Part shown: positions 45,801-55,582 of the stretch, piece by piece
Position numbering within the stretch: position 1 is the stretch's first letter
Layout: the number at the start of each line of letters is the position of its first letter
Source of the DNA: a virus
IMG/VR virus record: IMGVR_UViG_3300029092_000103
Length of the DNA: 64,000 nucleotides
Direction: 5' to 3' (one strand)
Translations under genes and position numbers: made by a program
The notes under the pieces: model-generated
Databases searched by the model: none
Seen by the model: only the letters and a program-made list of their open reading frames with translations
What the model was told of the DNA's origin: nothing

Positions 45801-45999
45801 CGTGACCTGCTTTGCACATGGTCTGCGTACTGACCGCCGTCTGGCATTCCCGTATGCAGACAAGCCTGTGACGAACCGCTTTACGGAAACGAGCCGGACG
45901 CTGACCAACAGCATCCATCCTTCCGCACGAGGATATCAGGCATGGGCAGACGGTTACTACTGCCAGATCCGTGCATGGCTGACCGAGGACAGCAAGTAA
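42802..45999 (+). CDS. Receptor-binding protein / tail fibre with a C-terminal SGNH/GDSL hydrolase domain
   Basis: C-terminal VCICGDSLVDNG (the GDS block) and later ...FLIALGTNDV..., ...SIHPSARGY. AAGGAG lies 6 nt before ATG 42802. Confidence 0.7.
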   Translation: MSEYIGNRIVPHHDGVWDKTKEYEPLTIVYEEATGDSYISRKPVPAGTLLSQEKYWAMCSRFSEQMALHRKKTAQDVADITKKVDATNSAVAANKAEMDKTAETLKAQIDANVKASTDKNANYAQELVDARVDDTGKTYGTAGDNVRAIGRVRSMQDVMKNWYLNAGYVNKNGYITASESWRVAHLIPVSGDSILVTGQFGYMSGSDEYNNVVCYDMDRKFLGGCFRAENNKVYDNYVITLLPNTRFISITTSEKLLPKLSVYLYDNMLPLNLLSNYATSWQWMNGSVDIRFTGSKVTVTFPEGKNVYVCRRPNGTQYEQTLLTDASSISVDFSTKKWWAVYYDGKEVSADESGTKIEVPVIRVANTDGDWGKLFTRNRFVFAVFYDGNVVYAAPSNNGTVINGIDYGNPAKIAYNAVTQHKYRSAKMFLSTGQLMIDTVNRTIQVTKRILAAVDNGTYYWISVGEEPVPILDSEEAEKHHMLILAYDSSKGEINLYNTAQFRALGAFGYYIAAWYENHFWYPHMGSSFSIVLNGTEYKAGALFDEERRDSYVEKKYANQFQQIRSDLAGRDSRHMYLASGGITIDQNAGTIQVSSKCLGVPDTFHYQWITASDPVEMAFNTAGSYGMPMRILAYDASTQTINLYDTSLFRKLGTNGFYIASWYLSKLYNPHINPDVTFIVNGKEYKAGDLFADNEASFIPKRITDYVQKAVSGNTEDDIVTPSHWDCMEGRQLSIFYDCLSRHDGKENLYVFAKGTNAPTLTRNEYCMNYTPTTESSDFSLTVRRLDENDCHIVSSKAVQVKVHHKLKNKLTKNVCICGDSLVDNGHVATEVYRLLAEDGDCVIHQLGTRGPDGGKHEGRGSWTFARYLADSDYAGKTNAFWDKLKSRLDFQKYCETNGYEGIDYFLIALGTNDVSQGSTLYRTEAEVQKFVDQAKQFIDALLDKETGFPNCKVGIGLCGPGSDYSYQCGASMGIFHMSINTLNLALIKAFDAGKYHKNVTCFAHGLRTDRRLAFPYADKPVTNRFTETSRTLTNSIHPSARGYQAWADGYYCQIRAWLTEDSK

Positions 46000-46125
46000 A
46001 TCTCCATCGTCAATGGCAGACAGGGGTTATATTTGTCTGTTAAACGGTGTTCATTATAGAAGTTTTTACACAAGGCGGCATCGACCGTCTATTTTTATGC
46101 CCAAAAGGGCGGAAAGGGTAAGATT

Positions 46126-46536
46126 ATGCAGAATGTGATCGACAAGATTGAGTGGATGTTCGCAGGTCTGGGTGGTTTCCTGGGCTGGTTCTTCGGTGGC
46201 TTTGATGGCTTCCTTTATGCATTGGTGGTGTTTGTGGTCTGCGACTACTTCACCGGCGTGCTGGCGGCAGCCATCAAGCACGAACTGTCCTCTGCGGTCG
46301 GCTTCCGTGGTATCGCCAAGAAGGTGTGCATCTTTGTGCTGGTTGGCATCGCCAACATCATCGACACGCAGATCCTCCAGAACGGCGCGGCCATCCGTAC
46401 CGCAGTGGTGTTCTTCTATCTGGCAAATGAGGGCTTGAGCTGTTTGGAGAATGCAGCAGTGATCGGTCTGCCGGTGCCGGACAAGCTCAAGGAGATGCTG
46501 GCGCAGCTGAAGGAAGAAAAGAATAAGGACGAGTAA
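46126..46536 (+). CDS. Holin (phage_holin_4_1 / toxin-secretion holin family)
   Basis: Three hydrophobic segments (GLGGFLGWFFGGFDGFLYALVVFVVCDYFTGVLAAAI..., ...IFVLVGIANII..., ...AVVFFYLANE) and a charged C-terminus. Confidence 0.8.
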   Translation: MQNVIDKIEWMFAGLGGFLGWFFGGFDGFLYALVVFVVCDYFTGVLAAAIKHELSSAVGFRGIAKKVCIFVLVGIANIIDTQILQNGAAIRTAVVFFYLANEGLSCLENAAVIGLPVPDKLKEMLAQLKEEKNKDE

Positions 46537-46590
46537 CCAATGGGGAGAGGTGTAACAGCCTTTCTCTGAATTTTATAGGAGGCAAACATT

Positions 46591-47319
46591 ATGAGTAAGA
46601 AAGAGTATCCCGCAAAGCTGACGACTGGCTATTACCGTGTGCGTGAGGTCTGGGAGGATGAGGCATCTCAGCTGGGCGCGTACCGTTTGCTGGCGAACGC
46701 AAAAGCCAAGTGCGATGAGAATCCCGGCAGTCGTGTGTTCGACAATGACGGCAATGTGATCTACCCGGAGGAAGCTGTGCTTGTTACCGGAGCAGAGGAA
46801 GAAGAGGAGCATCCGGTACAGGATGAGCCAGAGGAAAAAGGGCCGGAAACCGAGGAACAGCCCAAGGAAGATGCCCCAGCAGATAAGGAGAAGTCTGACG
46901 AGGAGAAGAATCAGGAGTCCGCTGTGGACGAGAATGAGTTCCCGACCGCAGAGGAGCTTCCGGCCACCATTGCCTATGGCAAGCTCAAGACTCTCATGAA
47001 TATCCGCAAAAACCCCAGTCTGGATGCGGAGATCGTAGCGGTCTACAAGAAGAACACCCTTGTGGAGATCATCCAGTTCTGCGATGGCTGGCTGAAGATC
47101 AAGTGCTCGGAATCGGAGGATGGTGTGGCGTATGTTCTGAACAGCGCGGACACCTATGCGTTCACTGCCAGCAAGATCTATGAGGTCCGTCCCGGCGACA
47201 ACCTCTGGAAGATTGCGGTGACTGAACTGGGAGATGGCAATCGCTGTGCGGACATCCGTGCCTTGAACGGTCTGACTTCCAATGCCATCCGGGTCGGTAT
47301 GAAACTGCTGATCCCGTGA
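46591..47319 (+). CDS. Cell-wall-binding protein: N-terminal SH3b-like repeat, acidic linker, C-terminal LysM domain
   Basis: C-terminal YEVRPGDNLWKIAV...IRALNGLTSNAIRVGMKLLIP is a LysM domain. The N-terminal YYRVREVW...NPGSRVFDNDGNVIYP domain is also found in the endolysin C-terminus. Confidence 0.65.
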   Translation: MSKKEYPAKLTTGYYRVREVWEDEASQLGAYRLLANAKAKCDENPGSRVFDNDGNVIYPEEAVLVTGAEEEEEHPVQDEPEEKGPETEEQPKEDAPADKEKSDEEKNQESAVDENEFPTAEELPATIAYGKLKTLMNIRKNPSLDAEIVAVYKKNTLVEIIQFCDGWLKIKCSESEDGVAYVLNSADTYAFTASKIYEVRPGDNLWKIAVTELGDGNRCADIRALNGLTSNAIRVGMKLLIP

Positions 47320-47387
47320 CAACAAAATAACCACAGCACAAGGCTCGGAGCAATCCGGGCCTTAACTTTTTTCAGGAGGGAATCACT

Positions 47388-48860
47388 ATGGGATATACCA
47401 ATAGTCCACTCGTTGTTTATACCAAACTCTCCCCGAACCATTCTGGGCAGAGAACACAGAGCATTGACCGCATCACACCGCATTGTGTGGTCGGTCAGCT
47501 TTCTGCAGAAAGCATCTGCGGCTGCTTCACCAGCACGAGTCGTCAGGCAAGCTGTAACTACGGCATCGGCACGGATGGTCGTGTATCGCTTTGTGTCGAG
47601 GAAAAGAATCGCAGCTGGTGTTCATCCAGTAATGTCAATGACCAGAGAGCAGTTACCATCGAATGTGCCAGTGATAAGAGTGAGCCGTATGCTATGAACA
47701 GTGCAGTGTACAATTCGCTCATCAAGCTCTGCATCGATATCTGCCAGCGTAACGGCAAGAAGAAGCTCTTGTGGCTGGGCGATAAGAATAAAACTCTCAA
47801 TTACGCGCCGGCAACAGATGAAATGGTGCTGACGGTTCACCGGTGGTTTGCCAACAAAAGCTGCCCCGGCGACTGGCTCTATAACCGTCTGGATGATCTG
47901 GCCGCAAAAGTAACGGCGGCACTGAGCGGTTCATCTACTTCATCCGGTATGCAGGCAACTTCGCTGAAGAATCTCACCGAGGCAGAAGCAGTTGCAAAGA
48001 TTGGTCCGCTGTTTACTGCGAACCAGAAAACCACGGGCATCCTTGCTTGCGTGTCGATGGCACAGTTCATTCTGGAGTCTGGATACGGCAAATCCGAGTT
48101 GGCGCAAAAGGCCAATAACTGCTTCGGCATGAAAACCTCTCTTTCTGGGAACAGCTGGCCGAATTCCGCATGGGACGGCAAGTCCGTCTACACGAAGAAA
48201 ACGCAGGAGCAGAATGCAGCCGGCTCGATGGTCACGATCACCGCCGACTTTCGCAAGTACGCTTGTGTCGAGGACTCCATTGCCGACCATGCGGCGTATC
48301 TGCTTGGTGCGATGAACGGCAGTAAGAAACGCTACGAGGGTCTGGAGGGCTGTACCGATTGCAAGAAAGCGGCACAGATCATCAAGGATGGCGGTTACGC
48401 CACCAGCCACACCTATGTGCAGAATTTCTGCAATATCATCGAGCGTTGGAATCTGACACAGTACAATGCCACCTCCGGCAGCAGCACCACCATTTCTGGC
48501 TGGTACCGTGTGCGTAAGAGCTGGCAGAATGCTGCGTCCCAGAAGGGCGCATTCCATGACCTCACCTATGCGAAGCAGTGTGCGGATAAGAATCCGGGCT
48601 ATTATGTCTTCGACCCGGATGGTAAGGCAACCTATCCTGTGACCCAAACCTCGTCTGTCCCGTATGCAGTCCGGGTGTCCATCAGCAATCTCAATATCCG
48701 CAAGGGTCCGGGCACGAACTATGCGAAGACCGGGCAGCACACCGGCAAGGGGGTGTTCACCATTATTGCGGAATTTGCCGGCGCGGGTTCCACGAAAGGC
48801 TGGGGCAAGCTGAAATCCGGTGCAGGCTGGATCAGTCTGGATTACGCCGCTCGTATCTAA
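47388..48860 (+). CDS. Endolysin: N-acetylmuramoyl-L-alanine amidase (Amidase_2/PGRP), glucosaminidase (GH73-like), and cell-wall-binding repeats
   Basis: N-terminal PGRP/amidase_2 region (HCVVGQ...ECASD). GH73-like ILACVSMAQFILESGYGKSELAQKANNCFGMK. Two C-terminal SH3b-like repeats. Confidence 0.85.
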   Translation: MGYTNSPLVVYTKLSPNHSGQRTQSIDRITPHCVVGQLSAESICGCFTSTSRQASCNYGIGTDGRVSLCVEEKNRSWCSSSNVNDQRAVTIECASDKSEPYAMNSAVYNSLIKLCIDICQRNGKKKLLWLGDKNKTLNYAPATDEMVLTVHRWFANKSCPGDWLYNRLDDLAAKVTAALSGSSTSSGMQATSLKNLTEAEAVAKIGPLFTANQKTTGILACVSMAQFILESGYGKSELAQKANNCFGMKTSLSGNSWPNSAWDGKSVYTKKTQEQNAAGSMVTITADFRKYACVEDSIADHAAYLLGAMNGSKKRYEGLEGCTDCKKAAQIIKDGGYATSHTYVQNFCNIIERWNLTQYNATSGSSTTISGWYRVRKSWQNAASQKGAFHDLTYAKQCADKNPGYYVFDPDGKATYPVTQTSSVPYAVRVSISNLNIRKGPGTNYAKTGQHTGKGVFTIIAEFAGAGSTKGWGKLKSGAGWISLDYAARI

Positions 48861-49029
48861 AACAGTCCCCGTCCTCCTTGGGCGGGGCGTACATATGGTG
48901 CAAATAGGACAATAATCAACCGCATTATTCTCCGTCTTTCTGCGGCCAAATTTACTTGATAATATCACGAAACAGAGGGAATATGTGACTGCCCAAAGAG
49001 AAGAAGCGGGCAGGAAGGAGCGATGATTT

Positions 49030-51420
49030 ATGAGTGCTGGTACGGATTTCCTTGCAAGTTTGCAGAAAAAGACTGTGAAAAGTACAGTCCAACAGAAACA
49101 GCAGAAGAGAGCGAATGCATCCGCTGTGGATGTCTCGGCTTTACTGGAAGCCGCTCTCAGGCAGAAGAAACCTACGGAAGCTGTGGCAGATGTTCGTCAA
49201 AGTGCGGATGTCGCCACAGCTTCTTTTTTACCACCGACTGACACGCATCAAGGCAAGTCTACTCAACAAAAGCCGAAAAGCGCGTCAGATAAAGCAGTAC
49301 TACAGAAGCAATCAACCTCAAAATCCAAAGACATCGTTGATGCCGGTATCACAGCCCTTATCCAGAAAGCTCTGGATGCCAAAAAGGTTATGGAGCAGCC
49401 GGATATTGCAGAAAGGCTGCAAAGTAGTATGGAGAGCGAGTTCACACAGCTTTTCGCTGCCGAGAATGAACCGCAGGAAAGCAAGTTTGTTTCGACTGCG
49501 ACATTCCGCACCACCAAAAAGAAGATTGGAAGCATCCGTGTGGCGGCTTATATCCGCGTGTCCACGGATATGAGCGACCAGGAGAACTCATACGAAACGC
49601 AGGAAAAGTATTTTAATCAGCTGATTCAAAGCAATCCGGAATGGAATGCAGTCGGTGTGTACTCCGATTACGGTATCTCCGGCACTTCCAAGGAAAAGAG
49701 AACTGGATTCCGCAGGCTGATGCGCCACTGTAAGGATGGCAAAATCGACCGCATTGTGTGCAAGTCCATTTCCCGATTTGCCCGAAATACGGCTGACTTT
49801 ATGACGGCACTGGATACCCTGCACGACTGCGGAGTGACGATTCTGTTCGAGAAAGAAAATCTGGATACGGCAGACCCGACCAGCGACTTCATCCTTACAA
49901 CGCTGGCCGCCATCGCACAGGAAGAAAGCCGCAGCATTTCCGGTAACATCCGACAGGGCAATAAGATGCGCTTTCCGAAAGGGGAAGTTCCCAACAAGAT
50001 TATGTACGGATACCGCTACAACGGGAAGATGGTTACTTCCGAGAGCGGATATGAGTATAAAGACATCGAGGTCGTGGAAGAAGAAGCCAAGGTCGTCCGG
50101 CGCATTTTCAACGAAGTCGTGGAAGGCAAAGCCTATACGGAAATCGCAAGGGGACTGAATCTGGATAAGATTCCGGCTCCGGAGTCAGATATGGCGAGGG
50201 CCAGAAAGCGGAATTCCAAGAAAGGACAGCTGAACAGTGATTTACAGGACGGCTGGACTGGAGGGAATATCACGAGAATCGTCCGTGCCGAGCGATACAT
50301 GGGAGCAGTTCTCATTCAGAAGGTGTTCACACCGGATTATCTGACCCATACGGTTCAGAAAAACAACGGTGAAGTTCCACAGTATTTTGTCCGGAACCAC
50401 CATCCGGCAATCATTGATGAGGATTTGTTTCAAAAAGCGCAGGAAGTCGTAAAGGCAAACAGTGAACTGTATAACAGGACAAGGTTCAAGAAGAAGCCGA
50501 GAGCATTTTCTCAGAGGCTCATCTGTGGGGAGTGTGGACGGTTCTACTCTGTGACAAATGGAAACGGAAGCAATCCCATTTGGAGATGCCCTACGAGCAG
50601 CCAGACGACTGGAAAGTGCATCTGCCATGCAGAGAAAGTATACGAGGAACAGATTGTTCGTGTATTCCGTAAGGCGATTCTGGAACGGTTCCGGCTGACC
50701 ATCAAGCCCATTCACGACAATGTGGCTGTGGCAGATATCATGAGCGGACGTTTCAAAGAGCAGTATGACAACTTCACACCGGAAGCGGATTCCTTTGTGA
50801 GCCAGATGCTTGCAAGACTGGAAAGCATTCAAAAGCTGGACTTCATGGAACGCGACCGTGCTTTTTATAAGAAGCAGATTGCCGCCGCCCACACCAGTGT
50901 GGAAAGCACCAATAAGAAGATTCGGCTTCTGAAAAGTCAGGTAGATGTGATGCATACTCGTCTGGAAGTCCTCGGAGATGAGATGATCAGTCCGGCTTCC
51001 ATTGAGGAAAAGAAAAAACTCATTGAGAAGCTGGAGCAGGATGTTCAAAAAGACACAGACACTGAGCAGAAGCTGACCGAACAGCTCGACTACATGGAAA
51101 ACTACTGGGAAGAGCTGGAGAGCGACTATGAACGCAGGGAAAAGGCAATCGAGTGGATGAAGAACCTCCCGGTGGGTCGGGATGGTACGGTGGCTTTCTT
51201 AAATGAAGTGACCGAAGAACACTGCAAGGCATTTATCCTTTCGATTACCATCTATTCACCGCTGAAGTTCACGGTTCACTGGTTTGATGATACCAAGACC
51301 GAGGTGCAGATGGATTCCAACATTGAAGATTACCGCAATACCGCAAGCTACTATGACGGGCATACGATGCGTGATGGCAGCCAGCGGAAAAAGTATGTAA
51401 GAAGAACCAGAAGAAAATAA
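49030..51420 (+). CDS. Large serine recombinase (integrase), with an N-terminal extension of about 155 aa
   Basis: Resolvase catalytic domain (RVAAYIRVSTDMSDQENSYETQ...ISGTS...SISRFARNT), then recombinase, Zn-ribbon (CGECGRF...WRC) and coiled-coil regions. Confidence 0.85.
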   Translation: MSAGTDFLASLQKKTVKSTVQQKQQKRANASAVDVSALLEAALRQKKPTEAVADVRQSADVATASFLPPTDTHQGKSTQQKPKSASDKAVLQKQSTSKSKDIVDAGITALIQKALDAKKVMEQPDIAERLQSSMESEFTQLFAAENEPQESKFVSTATFRTTKKKIGSIRVAAYIRVSTDMSDQENSYETQEKYFNQLIQSNPEWNAVGVYSDYGISGTSKEKRTGFRRLMRHCKDGKIDRIVCKSISRFARNTADFMTALDTLHDCGVTILFEKENLDTADPTSDFILTTLAAIAQEESRSISGNIRQGNKMRFPKGEVPNKIMYGYRYNGKMVTSESGYEYKDIEVVEEEAKVVRRIFNEVVEGKAYTEIARGLNLDKIPAPESDMARARKRNSKKGQLNSDLQDGWTGGNITRIVRAERYMGAVLIQKVFTPDYLTHTVQKNNGEVPQYFVRNHHPAIIDEDLFQKAQEVVKANSELYNRTRFKKKPRAFSQRLICGECGRFYSVTNGNGSNPIWRCPTSSQTTGKCICHAEKVYEEQIVRVFRKAILERFRLTIKPIHDNVAVADIMSGRFKEQYDNFTPEADSFVSQMLARLESIQKLDFMERDRAFYKKQIAAAHTSVESTNKKIRLLKSQVDVMHTRLEVLGDEMISPASIEEKKKLIEKLEQDVQKDTDTEQKLTEQLDYMENYWEELESDYERREKAIEWMKNLPVGRDGTVAFLNEVTEEHCKAFILSITIYSPLKFTVHWFDDTKTEVQMDSNIEDYRNTASYYDGHTMRDGSQRKKYVRRTRRK

Positions 51421-51455
51421 GAGCCAGTCATAAGGCTGGCAGAAAGGGGCAGATT

Positions 51456-53756
51456 ATGACAAGACAAAAAGTAGATGTGATTCCCGCCAGTGTACGTTCG
51501 GTACAGAACGGCGGTCAGCTCAAAAGCCAGACCAATATCCGAGTGGCAGCCTACTGCCGTGTCTCCACGGGAGATGAGAGCCAGCAGACTTCCTACACGA
51601 CCCAGAAAGCATTCTACAAAGACCTCATCACTCGGAAAACCGGCTGGATTTTTGCTGGCATCTATGCAGATGAAGCAAAGTCTGGTACGAACCGAGAGCA
51701 TCGTGAGGAATTTAACCGCATGATGAAGGACGCGATGGATGGCAAGCTGGACTACATTGTTACGAAGTCCATTTCCCGATTCGCACGAAATACCATCGAC
51801 TCCCTGACCTGTACCCGTGAGCTTCGACAGTTGAAGCCGCCCGTGGGTATCTACTTTGAAAAAGAAAATATCGACACGCTGGATGCCAAAGGCGAACTGA
51901 TTTTGACGATTCTTTCGGCTTTGGCACAGGATGAGAGCCGTTCCATTTCGGACAATATCCGCTGGAGCATCCAGAAGAAGTTTCAGGCTGGTGTTCCGCA
52001 CATCAATCTGAAGCGGATGCTGGGGTATGAGCTGGGGCCTAATAAGCAGTGGGTCATCGTGCCAGAGCAGGCAGAAATCATCCGGTACATTTTCGACCGC
52101 TATGTGAAAGGACAGACGGCGAATAAAATTGCACGGGAACTGAACCAGATGGAGAAGCTCACGGTCAACGGGAAGAAGTGGAGAGCAAGTTCCATTCTGA
52201 TCGTCCTGCGGAATGAAAAGTATGTGGGCGACATCGAGATGCAGAAGACCATCACCAAAGACTTCCTGACCCACCGTTCCAGCATCAACAAGGGCGAGGC
52301 ACCCCGTTACTATGTGAAAAACCATCATGTGGGCATCATCGACCGTGTAACTTGGGACAAGGTGCAGACCATGCTGTTCGAGAAGCCGAGGACGGACATG
52401 ACCAAAGGCCCCGGCAAGAAAAAGGTAAAGAGCATCAAAGGTTCTCCATTTGGAAACCTGCGCTGTGGTGCAATTTTGGAGAACGGACCGGATGCCGGAA
52501 AGCCCTGCGGTGAGGGATTCTTCCGTGTGACCTACACGGGAGTGGCAAACGGTTATACTGATGAGCGGAGCTTACAGGCGACCGGGGAGGATACCGGAGA
52601 GTATCTGGAAAAATACACCTATTCCTATCCAGTCTGGCGGTGTAAGAGAAAAGTTGGAGAGAGGGATGGTGAACCGCCGAAGAATGGTACACCCGACCAG
52701 AAAGCGTATTGCCGGAGCAAACTTGGACGCTTGTCGGATGAGGAACGCAAAGCCGCTGATGAGCGGTGTCCATCGGAAGTCTACCATGAATGTGCGCTGG
52801 AACAGAGCTTCATGGAACTGCTCTACAGCATGAAGCGTGATTATGAACAGCACGGAGACGCTTCCATGATCGTGACCATGTTCGATAACGCCTATGAGCA
52901 GGCTGTCCAACTGGCAAACAACAGCAGTATCTCGGTACAGAGGATGGCGACCGTAGAGAACCAGATTAAAGAGATGGAAGAACGCCTGCAGGATGCTATC
53001 AGCCATCAGGTGGCGGCTCTTCGGGAAGCTGCTCTGGAGCAGAGTGCGGAACTGAACGAAGCCCTTTCCAATGGTGAGATGACCATTGATGATATCGACA
53101 TGGACATCCGAAGCGGACTGACACCGGGTAGTATCGGAGTGAGCTTCTATGGGACGGAAACGGAGGAAGGCTCGGAAGCCCAGATTTATACGGAGCTTGT
53201 GAATGACCTGCAGGAACGCTTGCAAACACTCAGGCAGGAACGGCAGACTATTGAAGAAGAGCAGGGTGTTCTGGCCATCATGAAGAAGAACTTTGAATAC
53301 TTCCTCGCCTGCCTGAAAGAACTGCCGGATGCCAATGCAAGTGGGATGCCCCTGAAAGTCAACGGGCTGGATGTACAGGGAAGCCTGATGCGAGATGCCG
53401 AGGGAAAGCCAATTGATGGAAAGACCGCTGCCGTCCACAATGGAAAAATCAAGTTGACGCCTGAGCGGATTGCGGAAGCCCCCGATATGCTTCATTTTGA
53501 AAAAGGTATCTATTGTGCTTTCATTGAAAGTGGAGTATTGCAGGGAGATGTGGCGACCTACAAGACAAACTTCGGTGTGACACTGACTTCAAAGGGTAAC
53601 CGTAGAACACTCACCAGCTTCATGGGCTATAAGCGGAGTGACCTGAACGGCAATGTGGTCTACATTGATGCCCCTTACAAAGTGTACGGATTCAGCATTC
53701 AGTACCGCCGGTATCTGACAACCGCTGCAAAGCGTGAGAGGAAAGAAGCAGTATAA
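51456..53756 (+). CDS. Large serine recombinase (second copy)
   Basis: RVAAYCRVSTGDESQQTSYTTQ...KSGTN...SISRFARNT, recombinase domain, coiled-coil. Confidence 0.85.
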   Translation: MTRQKVDVIPASVRSVQNGGQLKSQTNIRVAAYCRVSTGDESQQTSYTTQKAFYKDLITRKTGWIFAGIYADEAKSGTNREHREEFNRMMKDAMDGKLDYIVTKSISRFARNTIDSLTCTRELRQLKPPVGIYFEKENIDTLDAKGELILTILSALAQDESRSISDNIRWSIQKKFQAGVPHINLKRMLGYELGPNKQWVIVPEQAEIIRYIFDRYVKGQTANKIARELNQMEKLTVNGKKWRASSILIVLRNEKYVGDIEMQKTITKDFLTHRSSINKGEAPRYYVKNHHVGIIDRVTWDKVQTMLFEKPRTDMTKGPGKKKVKSIKGSPFGNLRCGAILENGPDAGKPCGEGFFRVTYTGVANGYTDERSLQATGEDTGEYLEKYTYSYPVWRCKRKVGERDGEPPKNGTPDQKAYCRSKLGRLSDEERKAADERCPSEVYHECALEQSFMELLYSMKRDYEQHGDASMIVTMFDNAYEQAVQLANNSSISVQRMATVENQIKEMEERLQDAISHQVAALREAALEQSAELNEALSNGEMTIDDIDMDIRSGLTPGSIGVSFYGTETEEGSEAQIYTELVNDLQERLQTLRQERQTIEEEQGVLAIMKKNFEYFLACLKELPDANASGMPLKVNGLDVQGSLMRDAEGKPIDGKTAAVHNGKIKLTPERIAEAPDMLHFEKGIYCAFIESGVLQGDVATYKTNFGVTLTSKGNRRTLTSFMGYKRSDLNGNVVYIDAPYKVYGFSIQYRRYLTTAAKRERKEAV

Positions 53757-53922
53757 GGATGAGATATGACCCTGCTGGGTGTGGCTTTTGTGGCTGCATC
53801 TGGCAGGGCCTTTTTTGTTTGTGGGAGATTTTATTCTTTTTTACATGTGGGGATTGCTATGTGCAGAGATCTGTTATATGTTGTGGATGACGAGGAATAC
53901 ACATAGCAGGAGAGATGACGAT

Positions 53923-54321
53923 ATGAAAAAATTATCGTGGTTATCGGTAGAGGATTATGGAACAACACCATTGGAAGTGATAATCGTGAGTGCAATGAAA
54001 GGGTATCTGGGAGAAATGCCAGAGAGTAAAGCATTGAAAAAGATCGAGGAAGTCTTTGACCCAAAGGTCATCCGGCTGTTCGGTGACGATGGCGCACCAA
54101 TGCCCGTACAAAGCACTGTTGACGGTGCAAAATTCGCTGCATTCATCGACGAGGCAGTAGCTGATGTGGTGAAACGAATGGAATCGGACATGAGCGACAT
54201 CGGGCAGATTGCACTGGAGGCTTTGCGAGATATAGACGGGAAGGTGATCGTTGAAACGATGAGTCCTGAGTTTGTGAGCTTCCTAGGGGATGTGTATAGA
54301 AGTTTGAAATTTGACAAATAA
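53923..54321 (+). CDS. Hypothetical protein (132 aa)
   Basis: ATG 53923 follows GGAGAGA. The ORF track's upstream extension is hydrophobic and of low complexity. Confidence 0.4.
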   Translation: MKKLSWLSVEDYGTTPLEVIIVSAMKGYLGEMPESKALKKIEEVFDPKVIRLFGDDGAPMPVQSTVDGAKFAAFIDEAVADVVKRMESDMSDIGQIALEALRDIDGKVIVETMSPEFVSFLGDVYRSLKFDK

Positions 54322-54418
54322 AAACGGAAAACCCGTTGATATTTTCTGGCGATAGGGGTATAATAAGATTGCAAGAAAATAAAAACGATAAATCCGTTTT
54401 TAGAAGGGAGAATGATAC

Positions 54419-55570
54419 ATGAAAATACTCCGTATCACCGCACAGGGACTTCCACTGTTTAAAGAAAACCTGGATATCTGTTTTTACACACAGCAGCGCG
54501 TAAGTGAGGATGATAAGTGTAGTCTATATAATTTGATTGATAATTATTATCTTCACACTACCAATGCGTTTATTGGAATCAATGCGTCTGGTAAGACCTC
54601 TGTGTTAAAGGTTATCAATTTGGCTCTGAACATTGTAAAGAATGAGCCCATTAATCATGTAGAGGCAAAAACTATTCTTGGTGGAGCAAGAGAAGCTACG
54701 ATTTGCACTTATTTTTATGATAATCGTAAATATGTCTGCTGCCTAGAAACTGTAATTACGGCAAAAAAAGCAAAGGCAGGAGATTATGTGTATTCGATCC
54801 TGTCCGAAAGACTGTGGGAAAAATCAATTGTCAGTATCAAGTCGAAGAAGTATTTGACGGATTTCACCGGAATGGAGCCTGTGGCATCGCGTAATAGCGA
54901 TGAAGCATATCTTTCAGATGATGTCAGCTTTATCATTGCACATAATAAAAAAGCAAATGATACGGTGGAAGTGTTTAGCTTACTTTCTTACACGAATGTG
55001 AATGTGCTTCCCTTTACTGAGGATATTCCATTGGAAGTGATTGCTTTTCTGGACCCAACCATTGAAAAATTGTGCTTCGAGCAAACAGAGGGAAAGACAT
55101 TTATCCATTTGAAATTCCGAAATGAAGATGAAATTGTTTTAAACAATGCAGTGGACCTTGAGCAGTATCTGTCTTCCGGTACAATCAAAGGTATTATTAC
55201 ATTCTCAATGGTGAAGGAGGTACTTCAATCTGGTGGATACTTGCTGGTAGATGAAATTGAAAACCATTTTAATAAGGAAATTGTAACAACACTGATTCGT
55301 TTCTTTATGGATGGCCGACTTAACAAAAAAGGTGGAACACTGATTTTTACAACACATTATCCAGAGTTGTTGGATGAATATGACCGCAATGATGGAATTT
55401 GTATCGTAAGAAACCGTAATGGCATCACAGTAGAAAACCTGAGCTATATATTGAAACGTAATGATATTAAAAAAAGCGATGCATATCAGAGTGGATTTCT
55501 GGAAGGAACGACCCCTGCGTATGAGGCCTATATGCGCTTGAAGAAGAACCTGGCTGCTTCAATTCATTAA
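54419..55570 (+). CDS. AAA_21/ABC-like ATPase (AbiLi-like, OLD-family ATPase-like)
   Basis: Walker A GINASGKTSV. Walker B/D-loop LLVDEIENHFN. H-loop TTHYPELL. The sequence is AT-rich relative to the prophage. Confidence 0.75.
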   Translation: MKILRITAQGLPLFKENLDICFYTQQRVSEDDKCSLYNLIDNYYLHTTNAFIGINASGKTSVLKVINLALNIVKNEPINHVEAKTILGGAREATICTYFYDNRKYVCCLETVITAKKAKAGDYVYSILSERLWEKSIVSIKSKKYLTDFTGMEPVASRNSDEAYLSDDVSFIIAHNKKANDTVEVFSLLSYTNVNVLPFTEDIPLEVIAFLDPTIEKLCFEQTEGKTFIHLKFRNEDEIVLNNAVDLEQYLSSGTIKGIITFSMVKEVLQSGGYLLVDEIENHFNKEIVTTLIRFFMDGRLNKKGGTLIFTTHYPELLDEYDRNDGICIVRNRNGITVENLSYILKRNDIKKSDAYQSGFLEGTTPAYEAYMRLKKNLAASIH

Positions 55571-55582
55571 GGAGGCGGCAGA

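Noticed and set aside
43357-45918. 853-aa minus-strand ORF
   Set aside because: Antisense to the receptor-binding protein gene. Long open frames on the opposite strand are expected at this GC content.
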